Positions 25,575 through 34,584 of a stretch of DNA of 39,439 bases are shown here, one piece after another. The DNA lies in IMG/VR virus record IMGVR_UViG_3300025127_000087, positions 1-39,439 of that record; one strand, written 5' to 3'. A program made the position numbers and the translations under genes. Positions within the stretch are counted from its first letter, which is position 1, and each line of letters begins with the position of its first letter. Under the pieces are notes generated by a model. The model ran no database searches, was not told the origin of the DNA, and saw only the letters and a list, made by a program, of their open reading frames with translations. The stretch comes from a virus (taxonomy: Duplodnaviria; Caudoviricetes).

Positions 25575-25835
25575 ATGAAACACCGATACACGCTTTACAC
25601 CGAACAGGATGGGAAGCTCATTCCCCGCCTGAGTGCAAACCCTGACCTCCCGTGGGAGGAAACCGCGTACGTGATCGTTGACACCCGTGACAACAATCGC
25701 ATCGTCGCCCGATTCGATGAAGGCACCGCGTTCCCGAACAATCCGCTGACGCAGGCATGGAAAGAGCTTGACCGGCTGAACTATGACAACGTCAAGGTGT
25801 TCGCCGACAAGGTGAGGAAGGAGTACGAGAAATGA
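25575..25835 (+). CDS. Hypothetical protein
   Basis: AAGGAG SD; first gene after the rightward promoter. Confidence 0.75.
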   Translation: MKHRYTLYTEQDGKLIPRLSANPDLPWEETAYVIVDTRDNNRIVARFDEGTAFPNNPLTQAWKELDRLNYDNVKVFADKVRKEYEK

Positions 25836-26116
25836 ACAAGCCACCACGAGAGATCTACCCACAGTTCAGAAACCTTCAAGTGGATTGGGCGGTCATGCTT
25901 TGTCCCACGAGTGGAACATTCGAGGGACATCACCCCGACGCTGCAATCTTCGATAGCCCCACTGCTCATTTCGTAGCAGAAGCGGCGCAAGATTCTCACG
26001 GACTTCCTGGTGGCCCATGGATTGCGGGAAGTCAACGACACGAAAACGGGTATGTGGTTTGGATCAACAACGATCTCGGCAGGCAGTACGTCCGCGATAT
26101 CTACGCCGAAGACTGA
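25832..26116 (+). CDS. Hypothetical protein
   Basis: ATGA overlap; 94 aa. Confidence 0.7.
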   Translation: MNKPPREIYPQFRNLQVDWAVMLCPTSGTFEGHHPDAAIFDSPTAHFVAEAAQDSHGLPGGPWIAGSQRHENGYVVWINNDLGRQYVRDIYAED

Positions 26117-26136
26117 ACAATACAAGGAGCAAGACA

Positions 26137-26463
26137 ATGAGCAGATACCAGGAACTTTCAAGAAAGTACAACGTCGATTGGGCATTCACGCACGATGGTG
26201 AAGAGATCACCGAGAGCGGAACCATTGCACGGTTTGTAGTTCAATTTCGTGGTGACTACGTCTGCCACGATGTAGACACCGACCGAGGCAACAAGGAAGA
26301 GTACGAAGTAGAGATCTCTGCGGAGTGGGTCACCCAGGTGTCTGGCCCGAAGAGATACAGGCAAAAAGAAAACGGAACCATCGAACAAGAGAACATGAAC
26401 TTCTTGCTTGATCATTTCAGAGAACAGGCAATCGAATCAATGGAAGAGGAGGCGAACTCATGA
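26137..26463 (+). CDS. Acidic hypothetical protein
   Basis: AAGGAG SD before MSRYQELS. Confidence 0.7.
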   Translation: MSRYQELSRKYNVDWAFTHDGEEITESGTIARFVVQFRGDYVCHDVDTDRGNKEEYEVEISAEWVTQVSGPKRYRQKENGTIEQENMNFLLDHFREQAIESMEEEANS

Positions 26464-26597
26464 AGCCTCCGAACACTGAATACCGACGGGTCATCAATAT
26501 CCCGTATCATCGAAACGCTTTCTTGAGAGAACAGCAGATTCTCAAGAACAGCTTGCTTGCAAGATTCATCACTTTCATCAGAGGAGCATTCAAATGA
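26460..26597 (+). CDS. Small hypothetical protein (45 aa)
   Basis: Manual translation MKPPNTEYRR...IRGAFK; ATGA overlaps at both ends; GAGGAGG SD. Confidence 0.55.
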   Translation: MKPPNTEYRRVINIPYHRNAFLREQQILKNSLLARFITFIRGAFK

Positions 26598-27370
26598 ATA
26601 TCGTCCCACACCACCACGCTATGGACCCGATGCAAGTCGCGCAGGTCTTCGTTCAATCAGGAATGTTTCCTGATGCGAAGAGCGTCGCGACAGCAGCATC
26701 AAAGTTGATCGTCGGGCGCGGCCTCGGCCTTACCGACTACGACTCGATGGCTGGCTTGCACATCATCAAGGGCAAGGTTGTCCTGGCAAGCAACACGATG
26801 GCAGCAGCCATCAAGGCCAGCGGGAAGTACGACTACAGTTCGACCACAACCGAATCGGAATGCACGATCACGTTCTACTCGGTCAACAACGGAAAGCGCG
26901 AGGAGATCGGAGCCACCACGTTCAGCATGCAGGATGCACAGAACGCTGGCTTGCGCGGAGACAACTGGAAGAAGTGGCCGAAGGCTATGCTCTTCGCCCG
27001 TGCGATCTCAGCCGGGTATCGAGAGCATTGTCCTGATGCCCTCGGAGCGGCCCCGGTCTACGTCCAGGAGCACGGTGAGTCTGAGATCACCGAGGATCCC
27101 AAGCAGCTTCCTGCTCCAGTTCCTGTGATCCAAGCCGCACCCAGGGAGTGGGTCACGAGAGTCATCGGCACCGTGGAAGCTGAGATGGAATCCGATGGTT
27201 CCAACTGGGTGAAGTTCTGGGGCTTGGATGGCGAGGATGAATTCATTCTGTACGCATGCGATGAAGTCGCAGAGCAGGTGAAGGAAACGATCGGCACCAA
27301 GGTCGAGATGTGTATCGAAAACAAGAACGGAAAGAACATGATCATTGAGATCAAGAAGGAGAACAAGTAA
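26594..27370 (+). CDS. RecT/Bet-like single-strand annealing protein
   Basis: G..LGL...SM..LHIIKGK, A..AGL...W.K.P..ML.ARA.....R...PD.LG pattern. Confidence 0.7.
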   Translation: MNIVPHHHAMDPMQVAQVFVQSGMFPDAKSVATAASKLIVGRGLGLTDYDSMAGLHIIKGKVVLASNTMAAAIKASGKYDYSSTTTESECTITFYSVNNGKREEIGATTFSMQDAQNAGLRGDNWKKWPKAMLFARAISAGYREHCPDALGAAPVYVQEHGESEITEDPKQLPAPVPVIQAAPREWVTRVIGTVEAEMESDGSNWVKFWGLDGEDEFILYACDEVAEQVKETIGTKVEMCIENKNGKNMIIEIKKENK

Positions 27371-27603
27371 TGGTAGTTCCGAAAAGCAAGTTCCTCGAAC
27401 TCACGAAGAGCAGAAGGTCTGCTCGCAAGTCACAAGGCACCGAGGTGGTGCGAGTCAACAAGGTGATCTGGGATAAGTTCCGCGAGGTTGCCGAGAGCGA
27501 GTCAAAGGTTCCGGGCTACGTCCTTGATGGTGTCCTTGAAGACTTCGTTTCAGAGAAGACTGGTGTCTCGAAGGAAGATCTGTACAAGGAGGAATCCAAA
27601 TGA
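27370..27603 (+). CDS. Small DNA-binding protein (ribbon-helix-helix-like)
   Basis: Strand VVRV followed by two helices; basic N-terminus. Confidence 0.45.
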   Translation: MVVPKSKFLELTKSRRSARKSQGTEVVRVNKVIWDKFREVAESESKVPGYVLDGVLEDFVSEKTGVSKEDLYKEESK

Positions 27604-27797
27604 AGACCGGAGACACGATCAAGTTTGTTTTCACTGTAGTTCCATTCACCGGACAAACCAATCGAGAAGCTCTTTGCAGTGGGCTTGACGTTGCACTTTG
27701 TTTCAGCGACACCAGCATTGAGAAGGGTGAATACGAAATCACTTTGACAAAGATGCAACCTTTGAGAAAGACAAGCAACCTGGAGGTATCCAAATGA
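27600..27797 (+). CDS. Hypothetical protein
   Basis: AGGAGG SD; ATGA overlap. Confidence 0.6.
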   Translation: MKTGDTIKFVFTVVPFTGQTNREALCSGLDVALCFSDTSIEKGEYEITLTKMQPLRKTSNLEVSK

Positions 27798-27949
27798 CCA
27801 AAATGCACGGAAGCAACAGAGGAAGTGACAAAGGTAAAAGAGCGAAGCTTACCCGTAAGGCCACGACAATAAAACACGAACCCAAGGACCGGGCCAAGTC
27901 ACGCACACCTAAGCAGAAACCGGGGTTCAAGAAGAGGAGAAACAAATGA
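27794..27949 (+). CDS. Small basic protein (51 aa)
   Basis: GGAGG SD; MTKMHGSNRG...FKKRRNK; ATGA overlaps at both ends. Confidence 0.55.
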   Translation: MTKMHGSNRGSDKGKRAKLTRKATTIKHEPKDRAKSRTPKQKPGFKKRRNK

Positions 27950-28776
27950 ACAGCACTAAGACGAAAGCGTACTACCCAAGCTCGTACCCAAGCGTGGTGA
28001 GCGATCTCAGCGACGACGAGTACCACGGCAACCATACCGTGTTCACTAGTTCACGAGCTAGGACACTCATCACTCACACGCCTGCGCACATCAAGCATAG
28101 GCTCGACAACCCGATCGACACGTCGGCGATGGCATTCGGCAGGTACGTCCACGCCATGGCTCTCACGCCTGGAGTGTTGAACAGGTCTTTCGCAGTCTGG
28201 TCTGGTGCAGACAAGCGCACCAAAGCAGGCAAGGCTGAGTGGGAATCGTTCCAGTCGATCAACGTGAAGAAGACAATCATCACTGCTGATCAGCATGAGG
28301 TTGCTTGCGTTGCTGCTGCTTCAGTTGCGAAGTGCTTCCCGGCGTTGGGTGTGAACGACGCTGCGCACTTCGAGGCAAGCGCGTATGCCTTGATCGATGG
28401 AGTGGCATCGGCAGCGCGTCCTGACATTCTCGTTCCGCTTCCGAACGGTGGATTCCACATGGTGGATCTCAAGACATCGAGGGATCTCAACACTTGGAAG
28501 TTCCTCAGTTCGTGCAACCAGTATGGGTACTTCACCCAGCTTCAGCACTACCGTGAGGTGCTCGCCGCATGCGGGTACGCCGTTGACCAGGTCAGCATCC
28601 TGGCCGTCGAGAACACTGCGCCCTTCACTGCACGAGTCTTCGATATCCCGGTTGAGCGGTGCGAGCAGGAATCCTCGACGATCAAGCGTGTGCGCGACAT
28701 CTGGAAGGAATGCAACGACACAAACACTTGGCCAGGCTGGGGCGACACGGTCACTAAGTTGGGAGACTTCCTGTGA
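27946..28776 (+). CDS. RecE/exonuclease VIII-like PD-(D/E)XK nuclease (DUF3799-like)
   Basis: EYH, SS, FG..VH, ARPD, DLKT, Y.Y..Q..HY, AVE..APF motifs. Confidence 0.85.
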   Translation: MNSTKTKAYYPSSYPSVVSDLSDDEYHGNHTVFTSSRARTLITHTPAHIKHRLDNPIDTSAMAFGRYVHAMALTPGVLNRSFAVWSGADKRTKAGKAEWESFQSINVKKTIITADQHEVACVAAASVAKCFPALGVNDAAHFEASAYALIDGVASAARPDILVPLPNGGFHMVDLKTSRDLNTWKFLSSCNQYGYFTQLQHYREVLAACGYAVDQVSILAVENTAPFTARVFDIPVERCEQESSTIKRVRDIWKECNDTNTWPGWGDTVTKLGDFL

Positions 28777-29018
28777 ACAAAGCAACAGATCAGGTCACAG
28801 CGGATGACTTGAAAGCAATCCGCATAGCATTGAAGCCAAAGTTCAACGCAGAAGAACTGCGACTGATCAACGAGGCACTCGAAGAGTATGCGTGGGACAT
28901 GAAGCACCCACACAAATCGAGTGAGCGATACAAGCCATTGATTGAGAAAGTTCAACGACTCGCAGGCAAGGTTGCCTCGATGATCCTTGAACAAGAAAAG
29001 AAAGAGGAAACCAAATGA
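28773..29018 (+). CDS. Hypothetical protein
   Basis: GTGA overlap; helical, 81 aa. Confidence 0.6.
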   Translation: MNKATDQVTADDLKAIRIALKPKFNAEELRLINEALEEYAWDMKHPHKSSERYKPLIEKVQRLAGKVASMILEQEKKEETK

Positions 29019-29299
29019 ATGAGAAGCAGACATACTTCTTCGAGATGAATTTCATCAGAGTCGAGAAATGCACTGGTGCATTCGCAGTAGAAGCATCAAG
29101 CAAGGAGGAAGCAGAGCAGATCCTTCGAGAGTCAGGAGAGAAGAAGCACGGTGAGGGGTTGACCCCGATCAATCGCTTGTGCATCGGTCAGCGCGAGTAC
29201 CCGGTTGTGCTCGATGACTTCCAGTTCGACACCGAGAACATCCAGAACATCACTGAAGAGGATGCCCTGGCCATCGACATGGAAGAAGGTGCGTCATGA
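29015..29299 (+). CDS. Hypothetical protein
   Basis: ATGA overlap; VEASSKEEA motif common in small phage proteins. Confidence 0.65.
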   Translation: MNEKQTYFFEMNFIRVEKCTGAFAVEASSKEEAEQILRESGEKKHGEGLTPINRLCIGQREYPVVLDDFQFDTENIQNITEEDALAIDMEEGAS

Positions 29300-29535
29300 G
29301 TAAGCGAAAGAGAATGCCCCGCAAGCGATACGCAGCTCTGGTTCGCCAATACAACAAGGGTTGTCGTGCATTCTTAAAAGCGCGAAGCATACTGGAAGAA
29401 CAACTCAGTGAACAAGGTAATGCCAACGTAGAAAACGACAACTGTTTCATGGTCACGTACGAGATTTGGCCCGAGGATCTTGATGAGGCGATTGAACTCT
29501 ATGAGGCCGATGAATTCTCGGAGGTATGCGGATGA
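29296..29535 (+). CDS. Hypothetical protein
   Basis: ATGA overlap; 79 aa. Confidence 0.6.
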   Translation: MSKRKRMPRKRYAALVRQYNKGCRAFLKARSILEEQLSEQGNANVENDNCFMVTYEIWPEDLDEAIELYEADEFSEVCG

Positions 29536-29861
29536 ACCTATTCACACAAGCAGAAGGTGAGCGAGAACGAGACGCTGCAATTAAGCGCGTGGCCCAAGCT
29601 AACCCGGAAGCCAAGACAATCCTTCGAGGCGTGGTCTTGGAGGTCGCGAACAATCCAGCGAGCGGTGATCTGTTCACGACCGACCAGGTGTGGGAGATCG
29701 CGGAGGCTCGCGGGGTGGAGTGCTCGGAGCGTCGAGTGCTTGGAGCAGTGATGAGATCCCTGGCCATGACTGGTGAGATCGAGAGGACTGGTGTCTGGGT
29801 CAAGAGCAAGCGACCCGAATGCCACGCACGAGAGATCGCATGTTGGAGGAAGGCACCATGA
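29532..29861 (+). CDS. Putative winged-helix DNA-binding protein
   Basis: FTTDQVW...R.LGAVM..LA..G.I..TG pattern; start 29526 or 29532. Confidence 0.55.
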   Translation: MNLFTQAEGERERDAAIKRVAQANPEAKTILRGVVLEVANNPASGDLFTTDQVWEIAEARGVECSERRVLGAVMRSLAMTGEIERTGVWVKSKRPECHAREIACWRKAP

Positions 29862-30646
29862 AACGGACATTGAATCGACCGTGGCTCAGGATCCAGAAGA
29901 AACTGGTGGAGAGCAAGAAGGTCGCCAAGATCGCCGAGTTGACTGGAGTACACCGGACCCATGTAGTGGGGGGTCTGGTGGTGATCTGGGGGGTCGCTGA
30001 CGACAACGATGGAGTCCTGCCCTACTGGACCCCAGAGATCGCTTCTAAGGCCACGGGCATCGAAGGCATAGGCAGAGCCATGCTCAAGGTCGGCTGGCTC
30101 TCAGAGGGCGAGCACGGGCTTCTCGTGAAGGATTTCGAGGAATGGATGGGGGGCGTGATCCACAAGAAGGATGACCAGGCCATGAGGACGGCGAAGTCCA
30201 GGTCGAAAGCGTCACATGATGTAACACCGAAAGCAAACATTGTGTCACCAGACCCCGTGTTACATTCCTCTCTTTCTCCTTCTCCTTCTCCTTCTCCTAA
30301 GCAGCAATCAAGAGAAGAGAAGAAAAAGAACCCGATCAGTCAGTTGAAATCCATGAAGCCTGCGGACATCGATCCCGAGTTGGTTTCTTGGATTGAAGCA
30401 GGCGGCTTGGAGAGGAGGATCCAGGCCATCTTCAAGGACTCGAAGGTCTTCAGGTTGAAATCAGATCGGAACCTTCCGAGCCTGAAGCAGACGCTGGCAC
30501 TCGCAGCGAACCGGGGAACGACGTTGCCCCAGGTTCTGGGCGTTCTGGACAAGGTGGATCTCAGGGTGGAGGACGTGGAGAAACCCTACGCCTACATCAA
30601 CAAGATCATGAGTGAGGAATTCGTGGGAGGGACGATTGGTGCTTGA
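29858..30646 (+). CDS. Putative replication initiator
   Basis: N-terminal W.RI...L...KV..IA..., SPSPSP linker, C-terminal VEKPYAYI; lies before RusA. Confidence 0.6.
   Translation: MKRTLNRPWLRIQKKLVESKKVAKIAELTGVHRTHVVGGLVVIWGVADDNDGVLPYWTPEIASKATGIEGIGRAMLKVGWLSEGEHGLLVKDFEEWMGGVIHKKDDQAMRTAKSRSKASHDVTPKANIVSPDPVLHSSLSPSPSPSPKQQSREEKKKNPISQLKSMKPADIDPELVSWIEAGGLERRIQAIFKDSKVFRLKSDRNLPSLKQTLALAANRGTTLPQVLGVLDKVDLRVEDVEKPYAYINKIMSEEFVGGTIGA
30211..30330. other. Candidate replication origin inside the initiator gene
   Basis: GT(C/A/T)AC repeats; ATGTAACAC/GTGTTACAT inverted pair; (TCTCCT)n tract followed by an A-rich tract. Confidence 0.4.
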
Positions 30647-31103
30647 CGATTACTACAAGAACGTGATGGAATTCAAGATCCAAAGGGCGAAGGAGCGGTA
30701 TCGACGGCAACGCCAGTTCGGGAGGAAAACACTCTTGGCCCGTGATGCGAAGATCAAATCCAGAGAGTGTTTGGAGGAGATGTGCAGGCAGACTGGAGTC
30801 ACAATTGAAGAAGTATTGAACGGAACCCGATACACTCCAGTAGTGGATGTTCGCACACGCTGGTGCGTGATCACCCGAGAACTCCTCATCAACCACATGA
30901 GCGAAGTGGAAATTGCACGATGGATGAAAATCCCACGAGTAACGATGAAGGTTGCATGCGATCGTTGGGCAGCGGAGCAGATGATCGAGAGGGAAAACTG
31001 GCGACAGGCACAATGCCCTGGCCCCCAACTGTCAACGCAATCTATCGAGCAGTCGGTGGAAGAGTCATCAAGTCTAAGACCTACAGGCTCTGGAAGACAT
31101 TAG
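30639..31103 (+). CDS. DnaA C-terminal-like HTH protein
   Basis: C...GVT.EE.L..TR...VV..R...MSEVEIAR pattern; GGAGG upstream of GTG. Confidence 0.55.
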   Translation: MLDDYYKNVMEFKIQRAKERYRRQRQFGRKTLLARDAKIKSRECLEEMCRQTGVTIEEVLNGTRYTPVVDVRTRWCVITRELLINHMSEVEIARWMKIPRVTMKVACDRWAAEQMIERENWRQAQCPGPQLSTQSIEQSVEESSSLRPTGSGRH

Positions 31104-31357
31104 CCAGGAACCACCTCGAACAACAGAAGATCAATCAAGTCAAGCCTCCGTATCAGGTAGAGATCGTTCTCTCTCCTCCTGATCGGAGGCGATTTGATAT
31201 CGACAACCGAGCGAAAGTGGTGCTCGACATTCTTGAAGACGTTGGATACATCGAGAACGACTGCTTTGTGAATGACATTAGGATTACCCGGACAGAACCA
31301 AACAAAGAAAACCCATGCGCAACGTTCATGGTCAAGCATATTGAAGAACAAGAATGA
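31013..31357 (+). CDS. rusA: RusA-family Holliday junction resolvase (start uncertain)
   Basis: PWPPTVN.IY, PPDRRRFDIDN..K..LD.L......ND..V. Confidence 0.85.
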   Translation: MPWPPTVNAIYRAVGGRVIKSKTYRLWKTLARNHLEQQKINQVKPPYQVEIVLSPPDRRRFDIDNRAKVVLDILEDVGYIENDCFVNDIRITRTEPNKENPCATFMVKHIEEQE

Positions 31358-31629
31358 AAATGAAGCGAACATCAATCAACACGACTCTTCAATTCGCACA
31401 ACTCTTGGTCATGGGTATCGGGGTATTCACCATTGCGATTCAAATCGGGAGGAAAGACCAAGTCATTGAGCAGGCATCACAAGACATCGAAAGCCTGGAA
31501 GCCATTTCGAGTGACCTCGTGAGAGCGTCGATCGAGTCTGCTAGTACGGATCAGTACCACCGGGAAAGGATCGACGCACTGCGTGAACGGATCCTGTTCC
31601 TTGAACAAAGTATGCGGGGAACAACGTGA
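31354..31629 (+). CDS. Membrane-anchored coiled-coil protein
   Basis: One hydrophobic helix then a coiled coil; ATGA overlap. Confidence 0.6.
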   Translation: MKMKRTSINTTLQFAQLLVMGIGVFTIAIQIGRKDQVIEQASQDIESLEAISSDLVRASIESASTDQYHRERIDALRERILFLEQSMRGTT

Positions 31630-31799
31630 GTGAATCCACCCTTTGGATTATGATCATGTCATGTCTGTTTAGTTACGCGCTCGGGCTTTGGACGCGAAGA
31701 CCAGGTGATGCAAAGAGAGAGTTTAAGCGTATGTTGCGTGTGACAAGAAGAACCATGGATATTGGAGCACGTCGTGCAAGAAGAAATACCAGTCAATGA
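31626..31799 (+). CDS. Small membrane protein (57 aa)
   Basis: GTGA overlap; hydrophobic N-terminus, Arg-rich tail. Confidence 0.4.
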   Translation: MSESTLWIMIMSCLFSYALGLWTRRPGDAKREFKRMLRVTRRTMDIGARRARRNTSQ

Positions 31800-32247
31800 T
31801 CTGCCGATTCAAGTCTCTGAAGTCGAAGGCGGCAAGCCACTGAACGACGGAGAGCATGGGGTTGTGTGCGCACTGATTGCAGGATGCACCTTGAAGGAAG
31901 CATTCTTCTCTGTCGGTGTCGCGCCTCGAAGCCATTACCGCTCCATGAGCAGCAACCCGTACTACAAGGCACTGGTCGATCACGCTTGGGAGGTCGTGCA
32001 TGACACCCTCTTTTCGCTCGTGATCGAACGCGCCAAGGAGGGGGATAACCGTCTGCTCCTCGAAGCCTTGAAGTATGTTGGCAACCACCTCGGGAAATCC
32101 ACGAGCCGCCTGGAGTTGACAGGTGCAGACGGTGGGCCTCTCATGGTGCAGGCTGACTACAACGAACAACGTGTGATCAGCATGACTCAAGAACTGCGTC
32201 ACACCTTCGAGAAAAACAATGACGAAGAAGCAGCAGGTTGGTCGTGA
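31762..32247 (+). CDS. terS: Terminase small subunit
   Basis: HTH-like N-terminus, LELTGADGGPL motif, immediately upstream of terL; start uncertain. Confidence 0.7.
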   Translation: MEHVVQEEIPVNDLPIQVSEVEGGKPLNDGEHGVVCALIAGCTLKEAFFSVGVAPRSHYRSMSSNPYYKALVDHAWEVVHDTLFSLVIERAKEGDNRLLLEALKYVGNHLGKSTSRLELTGADGGPLMVQADYNEQRVISMTQELRHTFEKNNDEEAAGWS

Positions 32248-33955
32248 ACCACTAGAAAGAGCAATGAGATTGCGTTCCATGCTTTGGGATGGAACACCTG
32301 AAGAGCGCGAAGCAGTGCTGCGACTCTGTCAGGAAGATCCAGTTGCTTTCTTCGAGGCTGCTGTCTGGACGAAACGAGTCAAAGTCGTTGACGAGCAAGG
32401 TCGAGAGAGACCTGCCAAGTATCCTGCTACGCCGATGATCCCCTGGCCCCGGCAAGCGGATGCTATTCATTCAATCGTAAACTCAGTAGAGAACGGACAA
32501 GACGTACTGTTCGTGAAGTCAAGGGAGATGGGTGCGTCATGGATCACACTTGGATTGTCGGTTTGGGGCTGGTTGTTCAAGTCCTGGTCTTCACTACTTT
32601 GTTCTCGAACCGAAACACTGGTGGATAGAAGCGGCGATGAAGATGCATTGTTCCAGAGGATTGACTTCATCATCTCTCACCTCCCGCAGAAATGGTTGCC
32701 TGCGAACAGAGAAGACTTCCTGGCTGGCGGGAACCGACGCAGGCACATGATCGTCGAGCACCCGGATGGTCACTCGATCGCTGGGCAAGCGACCACTCAA
32801 CACATCGGTCGTGGTGGCAGAAGAACCATGGTTGTCTTCGACGAAGCCGCAGCCCAGGACCGACTCGAAGCAGCCTGGAGGTCGAGCGCGGATACCACCT
32901 CATGCAGGATCGCGGTCTCAACCCATCTCTCAGGCAGCTACTTCACACGCAAGCTGGTGCCTGATGCAGATCACAACGATACGACGGTGGTGAAGCTGAC
33001 CTATGCGGATCATCCCCGCAAGGGCGCGAACGCTGAAGAGCGAATCGACGAGGATGGACTGGTCACCGGGGATGTCGGAAGGCCATTCATCTGGACCCCA
33101 TGGCTTGAAGACCAGTTGAAACGAAGAGACTTGATTGACGTTCGAGAGAATGTCCTGGCCCTACCGACCACATCAGCCAGCGCGTTCTTCCCGATCTCAG
33201 GCATTGTCAGGCAGCGATCCAGGGAGACTCCACCTCGAAGGTGCGAAGTGATCAGGGGGGAACTGGTCGATCAACCTAGTGGAAGGTGGCGGATCTTCAA
33301 CGAACCGACCGAAGAATCTATCCTGGTTGCGGGTGTTGACCCAAGCTACGGGACCGGGGCAGCAAACGGCGTTGCCGTGATCATGGACACCTCGAACGCC
33401 ACAGTGACTGCGTTGTATGTGGATCCACACACCGCACCGTACGACATGGCTCGCGAACTGGTGCAGTCTGCTCGGACATGGGCGCGGGGCGCGGCAGATA
33501 TGTTCATCGCATTCGAGGTCAATGGGCCTGGAGCCTCCCTTGTTCATGACTTCGAGAGGTTGAACTACAAATCCCTGTATCGACAGCAGACCCTGAACAC
33601 CACGAACGAGAAAAGATCGAAGAGGGTGGGTTGGCTCTCAACGAGGCAAAGCAAGCGCATCCTGTTCGGAGACCTGGCTCGTGCTCTACATGACGATGTC
33701 ATCGACATCCAATGCGCCGAAACCATCACGGAAATTGAAGACACGGTCATATATTCCGATGGTGGTATAGGCCCGGCCAGGTTGGAAATCGATGAAACAA
33801 GCAGTGCGAGAGAGGCTCACGGTGACCGAGTTGTCGCTGTCGCGCTTGCGCTTCTTGCGATGAACAACGCGCCGAGGCAGGGTAGACCAGCGGAAGAGGG
33901 GCTTCCTGACTGGTCAGTTGGCACGTTGATTGGAATTCCAGAGGATCTCAGATGA
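32219..33955 (+). CDS. terL: Terminase large subunit
   Basis: Walker A KSREMGAS, GRGGR, Walker B VVFDEAA, nuclease motifs GVDPS, FEVN, HGDRVVA. Confidence 0.92.
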   Translation: MTKKQQVGREPLERAMRLRSMLWDGTPEEREAVLRLCQEDPVAFFEAAVWTKRVKVVDEQGRERPAKYPATPMIPWPRQADAIHSIVNSVENGQDVLFVKSREMGASWITLGLSVWGWLFKSWSSLLCSRTETLVDRSGDEDALFQRIDFIISHLPQKWLPANREDFLAGGNRRRHMIVEHPDGHSIAGQATTQHIGRGGRRTMVVFDEAAAQDRLEAAWRSSADTTSCRIAVSTHLSGSYFTRKLVPDADHNDTTVVKLTYADHPRKGANAEERIDEDGLVTGDVGRPFIWTPWLEDQLKRRDLIDVRENVLALPTTSASAFFPISGIVRQRSRETPPRRCEVIRGELVDQPSGRWRIFNEPTEESILVAGVDPSYGTGAANGVAVIMDTSNATVTALYVDPHTAPYDMARELVQSARTWARGAADMFIAFEVNGPGASLVHDFERLNYKSLYRQQTLNTTNEKRSKRVGWLSTRQSKRILFGDLARALHDDVIDIQCAETITEIEDTVIYSDGGIGPARLEIDETSSAREAHGDRVVAVALALLAMNNAPRQGRPAEEGLPDWSVGTLIGIPEDLR

Positions 33956-34584
33956 CACTGATGAAGGACAACGAAGAGGAAATCCTCAGAGTTGTACACA
34001 CCTGGGTGTCAAGAAAACACAAGTCATTCCCGAACTGGTCGCAAGATGAACTGCTCTCAGAAGCATGGCTCGCGGTTCATTCAATCATGCATCGGTACGA
34101 TCCCAAGCGTGGTGACTTGGCCGGGTTCATCTACACGTCGATCTATTGCCCTACGTTCCGAAGCTACGCGAAGGCGAAAGAGATCAAGATCAGCAGGATC
34201 GCAGATGACAACTACAAGAAGCGACACTATTCAGCGATGTTCCCAAGAGAAAACAAATTGGGAGACCCGGGATACACCGATCAAGAAACGACTGAAACGA
34301 TCGAACTGAAAGACATCGTTGAAACCTACAAACTGAAGCCAAGACAGATCAACATCTGCAATCTCCTGGCTCGTGGTTTGAACAAGAAACACGTTGCACA
34401 TGCTCACAACCGAACACAAGGCTGGGTGTCGCAACAACTTCACGGTATTGCAACAGCCATCAAGCCATCAGTGCTGGTTCACTTCGGTTACAGAATGGCA
34501 CAACGGCGTACATGTGTGATGCCACCGAAGACAAGGAAGAAAGCTAAGGTGACACCGTCACCGGAAGGAGTCAGTGATGTTTGA
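33952..34584 (+). CDS. Sigma-70-family-like transcription factor
   Basis: Region 2-like DELLSEAWLAV.....YDPKRG.L..F.Y; region 4-like LKPRQ...L..G....VA....TQGWVSQ. Confidence 0.65.
   Translation: MTLMKDNEEEILRVVHTWVSRKHKSFPNWSQDELLSEAWLAVHSIMHRYDPKRGDLAGFIYTSIYCPTFRSYAKAKEIKISRIADDNYKKRHYSAMFPRENKLGDPGYTDQETTETIELKDIVETYKLKPRQINICNLLARGLNKKHVAHAHNRTQGWVSQQLHGIATAIKPSVLVHFGYRMAQRRTCVMPPKTRKKAKVTPSPEGVSDV

Noticed and set aside
26520-26548. 9-bp inverted repeat TTCTTGAGA/TCTCAAGAA
   Set aside because: It lies inside a small coupled ORF, has an 11-nt loop, no U tail and occurs once.
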